DNA of 64,000 bases. Source: the human T2T-CHM13v2.0 reference genome, Homo sapiens. The stretch is from NCBI RefSeq assembly GCF_009914755.1, contig NC_060930.1, one strand, 5' to 3'. The translations under genes were made by a program, and so were the position numbers. Below, piece after piece: positions 13,171 to 25,380 of this stretch; position 1 is the first letter of the stretch, and every line of letters begins with the position of its first letter. The notes below the pieces were generated by a model. It was not told the DNA's origin and did no database searches. It saw only the letters and a list, made by a program, of their open reading frames with translations.

Positions 13171-14746
13171 TCATTCAAGGGGTTCTGAGTCTGTAAACTG
13201 GCTCAACTCTTGAAATTGATTGAGGGGCCATGATTCTCTGATTTTATAATTCAAATTACTCTCTTGTCCACTCGACCTATAAGTTTTCTGCTTGTATAAA
13301 TTAAGTAGGAATGCAGTAGGTTTCCCATCAATTTTACTTCTAAGAACACCATGATTAATTAGCCAATGCCAGAGCTCTACATGAGTCAGACTATTCTGAT
13401 TGCTGCTTTGCCTCTGCTGTCCATTATGGTAGCTACACCCACCTTGCCTTTGACAGTTGAGTGCTGCCACTTGGCCCCTGCCACCTTGCGATCCAATTAT
13501 TCCCATTGTATTTCAATTTTGTAGTTGAGTGACTGTGGTTCCCACTGTTAGATCTGACATACAGAGAAGAGCAATTACAGGGTTCTTCAAAGATGCAGGT
13601 GCTGCCCTCACAAATCTATTTCACAAGGCATTGGTCAAGGGTATATCTTCTGGACCCTCCCAGCTGGGATGAGTAGGTCTAAAGTGGCTAATACACTTCC
13701 CCATCCCAAACTCCCTAAGCCTTTTGATCCCTTCCTCTATATTAAACCAAGGAAGATCAGGCATTTCCATCTCACTCACAGTGGGCATCTTTTAGTCCAC
13801 ATTTCCGCTAACCAAGCAAATAAACTATTAGAACCTTTTTTAACTCCTTGAGCTGCAACATTAAATGAAGAGTTCCTATTTAGTGGGCCCAAATCAATAA
13901 ATTTAGTCTGATCCAACTCTATGTTCCTTCCACCATTATTCCACACCCTTAATATCTATTCCCATGCCGTTCTCCATATTTCTGCTTATATAAATTAGAA
14001 AACTCAAACAGTTCTTTTCAAGTGTAGTGCACCTCCTCATGGGTCGTGCTCTCAACATCACCTCTAGGGGCCTGCTGGGACTTTAGTCTAGTTATAGGTC
14101 TAGAAGCAAACAGAGCTGTTGGGGGTGGCTCCTGAAGAGAATCAACATTATCTTGCCTGTCAACTGCCTCAGGGGAGGCCACCACTGTGTCCTCAGGCAG
14201 CACAGGGTTTATTTTCTCAGACAAAGGTGGAAAGGCTGATGGCAGCATGGGTTGGGGAGGGGATGTTGCCACTACTGGGGATGGGGAAGCTGTTTACTCT
14301 GGCAAAAAAGGTAAATCAGAGTTTACAAACTCAGTGTTCCCAGTTTCATCAGGGTCTTCCCACACATCCCCATTCCTGGCGGCAGAGTCCCATTCATTTC
14401 CAATCAATGCCCTCATTTTAACAGTAGACACCTGGCGAGGCAGTGCACACACCTTTTGTTGCAGGTCAGCCACTTGCATGATAAGAGGTTGTATCTGTTT
14501 TTCCGCAATTTCAGCTCTTTCTCTACAGGAGATAAGACTCTCACTCAGGGCAATCTTAGCAGATTTGAGGCTCAGTATCTGCTTCTGAAGCCGGGAGATA
14601 GAATCCCCAAGTTCAACATTTTCTTTCATCACTTTTTTCACTGAACTTAGGAGAAACCAACCAGCTTCATGATGTTCCTTGTTTCTCCACAAGTTGTCAA
14701 AGGTATTATGTATAGAGTCACTAAACTCCTTGCTTCTCATGAGCAA
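13171..14746 (-). pseudogene. HERV-L gag remnant
   Basis: ORF fragments 14294-14746, 14018-14272 and 13171-13506 (for example 'ELWHWLINHGV', 'GDVWEDPDE') match recalled ERV-L gag. Confidence 0.85.
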
Positions 14747-14936
14747 TGAATCAGGAGTGTCAAATGCATTTATTTCACATAACTCTCTAAACAGTCACAA
14801 TAAAGACTATCAGTGTTCTCCATACTATCAGAAGTAGATCCTTAGCATTTTTGGGTCTAATCATATTAAGCAGCCAACTCTAGAAACCCCAAAACCAATG
14901 AAAGAACTCCATTCTTAATATTCTGTTCCTCAAGAA

Positions 14937-14951
14937 CCATTCTTGGTACCA
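14937..14951 (-). promoter_or_regulatory. HERV-L primer-binding site (tRNA-Leu type)
   Basis: Minus-strand 'tggtaccaagaatgg' lies a few nt after the 5' LTR end. Confidence 0.65.
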
Positions 14952-14956
14952 ACATC

Positions 14957-14993
14957 TATAGTAGTCAGTGTCCTCTAGAGGGACAGACCCATT
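14957..14993 (-). mobile_element. Remnant (~35 bp) of the HERV-L 5' MLT2A LTR
   Basis: 'tatagtagtcagtgtcctctagagggacaga' aligns with the LTR end at 8873 ('tgtattagtcagggttatctagagggaaaga'). Confidence 0.8.
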
Positions 14994-15199
14994 GATTCAA
15001 GTGATTATCCTGCCTCAGCCTCCCAAGTAGCTGGGACCACAGGCATGTGCCACCACGCCTGGCTAATTTTTGTACTTTCAGTAAAGATGGAGTTTCACCA
15101 TGTTGGCCAGGCTGGTCTCAAACTCCTGACCTCAGGTGATCCACCCACCTTGGCTTCCCAAAGTGTTGAGATTACAGGTGTGAGCCACTGCGACCAGCC
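14994..15199 (-). mobile_element. AluS lacking its 3' end and poly(A)
   Basis: Starts mid right arm ('ttcaagtgattatcctgcctcagcc'), contains the complete left arm and has no poly-T. Confidence 0.92.
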
Positions 15200-15569
15200 T
15201 CCACCACCTTCTTATCTTTACCACCCCACAATTCCTGCCCAGGAAGATGGTCTCCTCTGGCTGGCTAAAATTACAATTCTAGAATTCTCAGAACCAATGC
15301 TACATGGGGAATGGAAAGAATTAACTCCTGGTAATCAAAAATTTCTGAAAAATGCTGCTCTCCGCTGTTGCACACTTTATTTCCTTTTGTTGTCCAATTA
15401 ATGAAAGATTAGTAGAAAATAGTCTGGAAATGAGGCTTAGGGGCAAGAAATTTTCTTATCAAGACATCACAGTAACTGTAATCAGTTAACAGTAATTTAT
15501 GCAATATCACAAAGTACAGATTGGGCAGTTTAAAACTAATAAACAGGAGAAAGTAGCAACCTTGCTGGA

Positions 15570-17730
15570 AACAGAATTCTAGAAACTCTCAACTTAGAAT
15601 ACTGTATCAAGCAAAGTTTTATTTCAAACATGAAGGAGAAATAAAGACTTTCCCAGAAAAACAAAACCTGAGAGAATTTAACATCAGACATGTCTTACAA
15701 GAAATGCTAAAAAGAGGCCTTCAATATGAAAGGATACTAGTGTGCAACAATAAATCATCTGAAAGTATAAAACTCACTGGTAAAAGTAAGTACACAAAGA
15801 TAGAATATGTTAATACTTAAAACTTGTTGTGTAAAACATTCATATATTTAGTGTAAAGAATAAAAGACAAACCTACAACAATTTGTTCAGAGATAGACAA
15901 TATAAAAAGGTATAGAGACAAAAAAAGTCAAAAAATGTAAAAATTGAGTTAAAGTGTAGAGTTTTTTTAGGTTTCTCTTTGCTTTGTTTTTCTTGTGATT
16001 AGAGTTAAGTTGTTATCAGTTTAAATTGGTTTTAAGATGTTTTTTACAAGCTTCATGGTAACCACATTGTCAAAACCTATACTAGATACACACACACAAA
16101 AGAAAAAATAAAAAGCAAGAAATTACAACATTCTGCCAGAACAAAATCACTTACGCACAAATAAAGATAGCAAGAAAGGAAGAGAGGACTAACAAAGCAC
16201 TCAGAAAACAAATAACAAAATGGCAGTACTAAGTTCTTACCTATCAATAATAACATTTCATGTAAATGGACTAAATTCTCCAATTAAAAGACATAGAATG
16301 TCTGAGTGGATAAAGAAGTAAGATTCAATTATATGCTGCCTAGAAGAAACTCACTTCACCTATAAAGACTATAAAGACACACAGACTGAAAATGAAGGAA
16401 TGGAAAAAAAAACTTTTCCATGAAAATGGAAACAAAAAAAAAAGAGCAGGAGGGGCTAGCATGACATCAGATAAAATAGATTTCAAGACAAAAACTATGA
16501 AAAGAGACAAAAAAGTAATTATACAATGATAAATGGGCCAACTCAACAAAAGGATATAACAATAGTAAATATATATGCATTCAATGCTGGATCACCCACA
16601 TATATAAAGCAAACATTATTAATGCTAAAGAGAAATGTAGACCCCCCCCCAATACAATAATAGTTAAGAACTCTAAAATTTCACTTTCGGCTTTGGACAG
16701 ATTATATAGACAGAAATTCAACAAAGAAACCTCAGGCTTCATCTGTACTTAGGCCAAGTGGACCTAAAAGACATTTACAGAGCATTTTATCTAACAGCTA
16801 CAGAATACACATTCTTCTCATTAGCACATGAAACATATTCCAGGATAGACCATCTGTTAAAGCATAAAACAAGTCTCAAAAATTTCAAAAAAAATTGAAA
16901 TTATATCAACTATCTTTTATGAACACAATGAAATAAAGCTAGAAATCAATAACAAGAGGAACTTTGGAAACTATAAAAATGTGTGAAAATTAAACAACAT
17001 GCTACTGAGTGACCATTGGGACAATGAAGAAATGAAGAAGAAAATTTAAAAATTTCTTGAATCAAATGACAATGGAAACACAAGATACCAAAATCTATGG
17101 GTTATAGCAAAAGAAGTACTAAAAGGGAAGTTTTTAGCAATAAATGTCAACATCAAAAAAGTAGAAAGACAAAAAAACAACCTCATGATGCATCTTAAAG
17201 AACTAGAAAATCAAGAACAAGCCAAATCCAATTAGTAGAAGAAGAGAAATAATAAAGGTCAGTGCAGAAATAGAAGAAATTGAGACTAAATAAATATAAA
17301 AGTTTAATGGAATTACAAGTTTTTTTGAAAAGATAAACAAAATTAGCAAACCTTATGCCAGACTAACTTGAAATACAAAGAGAAGAGCCAAATAAATAAA
17401 ACTAGAGATGAAAAAGGAGACATTACAACGGATACCACAGAAGTTAGAAGGAAGATTAGAGACTATTATGAACAACTATATGCCAATACATTGAGAAACC
17501 TAGAAGAAATGGATAAACTCTCAGACAATAGAACCTTCCAAGATTGAACCATGAAGAAATAGAAAACCTGAACAGACCAATAACAAGTAATGAGATCGAA
17601 TTAATAACAAACAGTTTCCCATCAACGAAAAGTCCAAGACCTTATGGGTTCACCTGTTGAATTCAACCATTTAAAGGACTAATACCAATCCTACCCAAAC
17701 TATTCCAAAAAATTTAGCAGGAGGAGAAGT
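15570..17730 (+). mobile_element. Old L1 (L1M/L1PB-like) fragment: end of ORF1, inter-ORF region, ORF2 endonuclease region
   Basis: 'gaaggagaaataaagactttcccaga', 'aaatggactaaattctccaattaaaagaca', 'gcacatgaaacatattccaggatagacca' and 'gactattatgaacaactatatgcc'. Confidence 0.85.
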
Positions 17731-17914
17731 AAATAGCTATCCTTTTGGAAAAGCAAATACTTTATCAAGGTATAATTGACATAATAAACTGTATATATTG
17801 AAAGTATGTAATTTGGTAACTTTTAGTTTATGTAAACTCCATGAAGTCATCCCTACAAGATACCTTATTCCCCTTTATATTCTCTCCCTCCAAATCTTTA
17901 CACTCATCTTCAGG

Positions 17915-18443
17915 CAAAAGCAGGAGAAGAAGGGCGTCTCAGCTCCAGAAGAAAAAATAATTTGCTCATATCCTTCGCCCACATGTTCTCACTCATAGGT
18001 GGGAATTGAACAATGAGAACATATGGACACAGGAAGGGGAACATCACACACCGGGGCCTGTGGTGGGGTGGGGGGAATGGGGAGGGATAGCATTAGGAGA
18101 TATACCTAATGTTAAATGACGAGTTAATAGGTGCAGCACACCAACATGGCACATGTATACATATGTAACAAACATGCACGTTGTGCACATGTACCCTAAA
18201 ACTTAAAAGTATAATAATAATAATAATAATAAAAGAAAAAATAATTTGCCTTTTCTCTACCTTATTCTCTCTGTACTCTCGGCTGATTAGATAGTGCCCA
18301 CCCACATGGGTTGAGGACAAATCTTTCTTACTCAGTCCACTGATTTAAATTCCAATCTCTTCTGGAAACGCCCTCACAGACATAGTCAGCTATTTGGGTA
18401 TCACTTAATCCAGTGAAGCTGACACATAAAATTAACCATCACA
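17915..18443 (-). mobile_element. MLT2 (B/C/D-like) ERVL LTR fragment interrupted by an L1PA
   Basis: 'tactcagtccactgatttaaattccaatctcttctggaaacgccctcacagac...aaaattaaccatcaca'. Confidence 0.7.
17966..18232 (+). mobile_element. Young L1PA 3' end with a 17-bp 5' inversion and 17-bp TSD
   Basis: L1PA 3' UTR with a (TAA)n tail; identical TSD aagaaaaaataatttgc at 17949-17965 and 18233-18249. Confidence 0.92.
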
Positions 18444-18444
18444 A

Positions 18445-21400
18445 AGTACATACACATTAAAGATTGGCATGTCCTGGAGAATTGCCCCTTATATCATTAT
18501 GTAATGCATACCTTTATGCCTGAAAACTTTCTATGCTTTGAAGCCTATGGTATCTGAAATTAACATAGCTACTACCACTTACTTTTACAGGTTTCTTTGA
18601 ACAATGATAGCATGGTGTAAATTTATCCGTATTTTAACTTTTAAACTATTAGTGTCTTTCTCTTAAAAGTGCCTTTTTTATAGGCAACAAAATTGGGTTT
18701 GACAATATATGCCTTTAAATGAAATATTAAGCTCACTTACATTTATTGTGATCATTGATATGGTTAAGTATAGCATGTTGCTATTCACTTTTGGGTTTTG
18801 TTCGGTTGTATGTCTTAGTGTCTTTTTTCCTCTTATACCTCTTCTTTTCTGTCGTTTGGATTAATTTAATTTTATTTGCATTCTGTCTTCTCTTTGTTGG
18901 CTTTTCAGCTAATTCTGTACTGTTATTTTATTGGTTGCTATAGGTTTATATTAGTTATCTCTAACATATAACAGTCTATATTCAAGTGATATTATAATAA
19001 TTCACACATAATATACTAACATTATAATAGCATACTTTCATTTCTCTTGTGTTTACCTTAAAGCTTTGTACATTAACATAGATTATAAGCTGCAGACTAC
19101 ATTCTTAAAATTTTTTTAAAGATTCAATTAAGTTTCAAAATATTTACATAATAAGAAAAGGTTATTATAGATTTACCCATGGAGTTATCATTTTAAGCAT
19201 TTCTTGTTTCTCTGATTAGATCCATACTTCCATCTGGTATCATTGACCTTCTGCCTGAAGGACTTCCTCCAAAATTTCATGTACTATAAGGCTGCCAGAG
19301 ATGAATTCTTTCAGATTTTCTTTTTTCTTTTACACAAAACAAGCATAATTTATCATTTATGATTTATTAAATGATTAGCATTTGAAATACAGCTTAAAAT
19401 ATTTAAAACCATAAAGAAATCTAACTGTAACCTTGAATAACACTATTATTGGAATATCTCAGTCTGATACTCTTGTATTCACATTTAATTGACTGCTACA
19501 TTTAAGAATGGCATTTTATTTTTACTATATCTGAATTCATATAAAAGCAAGTTATATTGTTTTTTGATTACATTTTATTTATTTACTTTTTTAACTTTTA
19601 TATTTCAAGGGTACATGCACAGGTTTGCTATATAGGTAAATTTCAAATCAAGAGGGTTTGGTGTACAGATTATTTCATCATCCAGGTAATAGGCATAATA
19701 CCTGATAGGTGGTTTTTCAGTCCTCACCCTCCTCCCACCCTCTACTCTAAAGTGGGCCCCAGTTTCTATTTTTCCCTTCTTTGTGTCTATGTATACTCAG
19801 TGTTTAGCTGCCACTTATAAATGAGAACATGTCGTATTTGGTTTCTGCTCCTGTGTCAATTCACTTAGGATAATGGCCTCCATCTCTAGTTATGTTGCTG
19901 CAAAGGACATGATCTCATTCTTTTCTATGGCTGCATAATAGTCCATCATGTATCTGTACCATATTTTCTTTATCCAGACTACCATTGATGGTACTTAGTT
20001 TGATTCCATGTCTTTGCTTTTTTGAATAGTGCTTTGATGAACATAGGCATGCATATGTCTTTATGGCAGAATGATTTATATTCCTTTGGGTATATATCCA
20101 ATAATTGGAATGCTGGGTAAAATGTTAATTCTATTTAAATTATTTAAGTAACCACCAAGCTGCTGAACTAATTTACATTCCCACTTGCAGTGTATAGGTG
20201 TTGCCTTTCATTGCAACCTCACTAACTTCTGTTATTTTTTGACTTTTTAGTAATAGCCATTCCGACTGGTGCAAGATGGTATGTCAGTGTGGTTTTAATT
20301 TGCATTTCTCAAATGATTAGTGATGTGGAGGGTTTTTCATGTTTGTTGGCTGCGTGTATGTGTTCTTTGAAAAAGTGCCTTTTATGTCTTTTGTCTGTTT
20401 TTAATGGGGTTGTCTTTTGCTTATTACTTTTTTTAAGTTCCTTATAGATTCTGAATATAAGACCTTTGACAGATACATAGCTTGCAAATATTTTCTTCCA
20501 TTCTGTGGGTTGTGTATTTACTCGGTTGATAGTTTATTTTGCTGTGCAGAAGCTCTTTAGTTTAATTAGGTCTAATTTGTCAATTTTTGTTTATTTTGCA
20601 ATTGTTTTTGGCATCTTTGTCATGAAGTCTTTGACAGGTCCTATGTCCAAAATGGTATTTCCAGATTTTCTTCTAGTGTTTATTCAGTTTTAGGTTTTAC
20701 ATTTAAATCTTTAATCCATCTTGAGTTGAGTTTTTATGATGTAAGAAAGGGGTCCAGTTTCATTCTGCCTACAACTGGCCAGTTATCCCAACACCATTTA
20801 TTGAATAGGGAGCCCTTTCCTCATTACTTGTTTTTGTAAACTTTGTCAAAAATCAGATGGTCATAGATGTGCAGGCTTTTTCCTGGGTTCTGTGTTCTAT
20901 TTCATTGTTCTACAGTGGAATAGATAACCGTAGGTTGTAGCATAGTTTGAAGTCAAGTAATGTGATACCTCCAGCTTTATTCTTTTGGCTTAGGATTGCC
21001 TTGGCTATTTGGGCATAGATATGTTCATAATAGTCTCTTAAGATTTTTTTTGTATTTCTCTGGGGTCAGTGGTAAGGTTCCTCTATGTGTGATGTTAGGT
21101 TGTGAATTTGAGATCTTTCTAACTTTCTTATGTGGGTGTTTGGTGCTATAAACTTTCCTCTTCACATTGCTTTTGCTGTGTCCCAGAGGTTCTGGTTTGT
21201 TGTATCCTTGTTTTCATTAGATTCAAATTTTTTTTTATTTCTGCCTTAATTTCATTGTTTACCCAGAAATCATTCAGGAGCAGTTGTTTAATTTCCATGT
21301 TATTGTATGATTTTTTAGCAATCTTGTTAGTATTCATTTCTATTTATATTTTGCCATGGTACAAGAGTGTGGTTGGTCTGATTTTGTTTTTTTAAATTTG

Positions 21401-24400
21401 CTGAGAATTGTCTAATGGCTAATTATGTGGCCAATTTTAGAGTATGTGCCATGCACAGAGAAGAAGAAGGCACATTCTGTTGTTTTGGCATGAGGAGTTC
21501 TGTAGATGTCTGTCAGGTCCATTTGGTCCAGTGTCTAGTTCAGGTCCCAATTATCTTCTGACTTGTAGGATTTCTGCTAAATGGTCCACTTTAGCCTAAT
21601 GGGGTTCCCTTTGTAAGTCACCTGCCCCTTCTCTCTCAGCTGCCTTTAATATATTTTCTTTCATATTGACCTTAGATAATCTGAAGACTATGTCCCTTGA
21701 GGGTGATTGTCTTGTATAGTATCTCTCAGAGGGTCTCTGGGTTTCCCGAATTCAAATGTAGGCTTCTGTAGTGATACTGGGGAAATTTTGTGGATGACAT
21801 CTTTTAATATATTTTCCAAGTTGCTTGTTTTCTCTCCCTCTTCTTCAGAGACACCAATGATTCATAGATTTGGTCTGTTTACATAATCTCACAGGTCTCA
21901 GAAGTTTTGCTACTTCTTTTTTATTATTTTTCTTTATTTGTGTCTGACTGAGTTAACTTGAAGAACCAGTATTCGAGCTCTTAGATTCCTTCCTCAGCTT
22001 GGTCTATTCTGTTGTTAATTCTTGCAGTTTCATTACAACATTCTTACAGTGTGTTTTTTCAACTTTATTGGATCAGTTTGATGGTTTCTCCACATAGCCA
22101 CTTTGTCTTTCATTTCCCGTCTTGTTTTATTGTATTTTTTAGATCTTTGGATTGGATTTCAACTTTCACCTAAATCTCGATGATCTTTGTTCCTATTCAT
22201 CTTCTGAATTCTATGTCCATCATTTCAGCCATTTGAGCCTGGTTAAGAACCATTGCTGTGGAACTAGTGTGGTCATTTGGAGGTAAGAAGACACTCTGGC
22301 TTTTTGAGTTGCCAGATTTCTTGCATTAGTACTTTCTTATTTGTGTGGGCTGATGTTCCCTCAGTCTTCAAAGTTGATGTCCTTTGGATGGGTTTTTTTC
22401 TTTTATCTTCTTTGATGCCCTTGGGGTTTTGATTGTGGTATAAGATGGGTTCAGTCAACTGGCTTCAATTCTGGAAGATTTCAGGAGTTCATGGCTCGGC
22501 TCAGCACTCCTGTGCTGTGTTTTCTAACTCTGGAGGGCTGGTAGTAGGTGCCTGGCTTTGTTCTCTGCCCCCTCGAGGTTAGAAACCTGTTGCACTGAAG
22601 GAGCTAAATTGTTCCCAGTCCACTAGCCCCAACATTCCAATGGCGGGCGGGGTGGGGTGTGCCAGCCAAAGCACTTTGTAGGAGGAGTGGCATAGGATCC
22701 ATGCTTGCTCACATGTGACAGCAGCCATGGTGGCAAAGTGGGTTGCATACAAGGCAGCTGGCCCAGTGCACTGTCAGGAATGGGACAGACGCATCCATGC
22801 ATGCATTCACAGTGGTGATGGAATGGCAGAGTGCCCACATGTCAGCAGAGCTGCAAGAGGGATGCCTGTATCCGTGCACACATTTGCACCAGTGGCAGTG
22901 GCAGCACAGCAGGGGTGGGACATTAGTGCAGGCAGGAGCACTGGCATCCATGCACATACTTGCCCTGGTGGTGGCAGTGCTGGTGCAGAGCAGGCAGGGT
23001 GGTGGGGGGGTGAGGTTCAGTGTCTGTGCATGCACTTGTGCCAGCAGAGGCAGCAACTGTGTGGTTTGCTAGCAGGAGTGGGTGGGGCAGCATAGTGTGT
23101 GTGTGTTCCTTTCAGCAGTGGTACCATGGGCTATCTGCACACATGTCCTATCAGTGAAGAAGTGGGGAGGTTCACCCATGTGCATGCATCAGCAAAGCAA
23201 TGGGGGATGGCTGTAGGACAGTGCATTAAGCAAAGTGTCAGGGGGAGGTTGAAGTGGAGTGGGGAAGGCTGCAGGTGAGCTTGTTGTGTCAGTAGGGTCC
23301 AGTGTGCTGGTGCTCTCTGATGGTTAGGTGTGGTCTGCCAGCAAAGGAGGTATGATGAAGGCCCCTGCAAAGCACCCTGATTGGGCATCCAAGGCTGTAA
23401 TGCAACTGGATGTGGCCAGGCTGGGGCCCTGGAAGAGGTTGGCAGACAGAGGTGAGCTCAGATGGAACTGGCCCCATCCCACAGTCAAGATTGCCCTGCT
23501 CTGTACAGTCTTCCAAAGGCTAACGCCACATAGGGGAGTTTGGCCAGCCCTGGGGATGGGCATCGCTGGCCATGCTCCACTGTAGCCATTCTTATGCCAA
23601 AACCTCTGGGCTCCACACAGGCTGGAATTCTGCTCCTACCACCTTTCTAAGAGGTTGTCTCTGCCAGCTCAAGTGTCCCTGGGGGTCATGGGTTCTCCTG
23701 CAGCTAGGATTCCATAGGTCTGTGGCAAGAGTGAACCACTCTTCATCTGATCAACTTAACTCTCCCCCATGACTCACTGAGGGTCAGGAGCAGGTCCTGG
23801 TGTTCAGTAGCCCCACACAGGGTTCCCAGCTTCCTTCCCCTTCAGTCCAATGTCTGCATCCTCCCTGCATCCATTCTCAATGCCTTCCCTCTGAAGATCT
23901 GCTAGGAGTGTGCCAGTCTTCCCAATGTCCTGGTCCCTCCATGGGAGATGTCCCTCCAGGCTGCATTTAATTGGCCATCTTGGCTCTCTCTCTTTCAGAT
24001 TTTCTATATCAAAAATATCATTATTTTGCCTTTAAGGATACTTTACAGGATAAATATTTTCTTGGTTGATTATTTCCTTTCAGTACACTAAATATATTGC
24101 TCTACTGTCTTCTTAATTATATAGCTGATGATATATATTCCAACATTCTTTTCATTCTCTAACTATAATGTACTGTTCTTCTCTGAGTGCTTTTAAGATT
24201 TTTTTCTTTATCACTGATTTCTTATTATCACTGATTTCTTTAAGACTTTCTCTTCATCATGAGTATGATGTATCTTGGTATTGTTTTGTTTATGTTCATT
24301 TTGTTTAGAGTTGATTGAGTTTCTTGGATCTGTAGACTTATAGTTTTCATCACCTTTGGAAAAAGTTTGGTCATTATTTCCTCAAATAATTTTTTTTACT

Positions 24401-25380
24401 CTCCTAAGGGACAGAAATTACCAGCATATTATGCTTCTTGAAGTTTTCTCACAGCTCAGTAATGTTCATTTCTTTCCAGTTTCTTTTTTCTGTCTGAGTT
24501 TCATTTTAGAAAGTTTCTATTGTTGTATGATCAAGTTCACTAGTCTTTTCTTCTGCAATGTCGAATACCATTCATTGTATTTTTCATTTCACTTTATAAT
24601 TTTCATTTCTAGGTGTCTATCTAGGTTCTTATGTCTTCCTTCTCTCAACTTTTCTAATATCCTTGTCTACTGAATCTAACATTATGAAGTCTTATTTATG
24701 GGTTATATTTTCCTGTTTCTTTGTATATCTGATAGATTTTAATTATATATCAGATACTGTAAATTTTATCTCTTTGGGTGCCAGATATTTTTGTGCATTT
24801 ATAAATATTTTTGAGTTTTGTTTTGGTATACAATTAAGTTACTTGGAAACAGTTTGATCTTTTGGGCTATTGTGTTTAAAATATATTAACCAAAATTGCA
24901 GCAGTCTTTAGTTTATGGCTAATTTTGCCTTGTTCCTGACGCAAAACCCTTCTACGTATTTATCCAATTTTTCATGAATTATTAGGTTTTCCAGTTTGGC
25001 TCCTAGAAACAGGAACTACTCCAGTCTTGTGACTGGGAATTTTCACATCTAGTTTTATCTCTCACTGTAGTCTTACCTTTCTAGTCCACTGTCCCACAAA
25101 CTCTAGCTCTTTTGGTCAACCTGGGCCCTCAGCTTCAGCTTCATCTCTTCAACTCAAGGAGTTTCCTAGGCTTCACCTGGGTTCTACCTTCCCGGGTTAC
25201 AGCCTAGAAACTCTCTTAAATTGGTAAACTGCAGTAGTCAATGGGCTCAAGTCATTTGCTTCTCATCCCTTAGGGGATTATTGCTTGATGTTGTATCTTG
25301 AAAATCACTTTTCCATATATTTTGTCTAGTGTTTTGCTTGCTTAATGTGAGATGGTATTTTTCCTGTTATACCATCTTCA
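18445..25380 (-). mobile_element. Ancient L1M element split by the younger L1 at 19322-23990
   Basis: Decayed antisense L1 ORF2/ORF1-like sequence on both sides that reads continuously across the TSD. Confidence 0.55.
19322..23990 (-). mobile_element. L1PA15/16-like element with intact 5' end, internal deletions and a 3' transduction
   Basis: 5' end 'gagagagccaagatggcc' (YY1 box) at 23990; L1 3' end near 19560; 15-bp TSD tctttcagattttct at 19307-19321 and 23991-24005. Confidence 0.88.

Larger units (their letters stand above)
9321..14956 (-). mobile_element. HERV-L internal region (gag-pro-pol-dUTPase, no env), defective
   Basis: Ordered minus-strand ORF fragments encode gag, protease [22 protein letters not shown], RNase H WFTDGSA, integrase SIASDQGTNF and dUTPase, with many stops and frameshifts. 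Confidence 0.95.

Noticed and set aside
24208-24240. Short tandem duplications (also 4285-4316, 35683-35739, 59352-59374)
   Set aside because: Two-copy slippage duplications with no spacer array; not CRISPR-like or otherwise structured.
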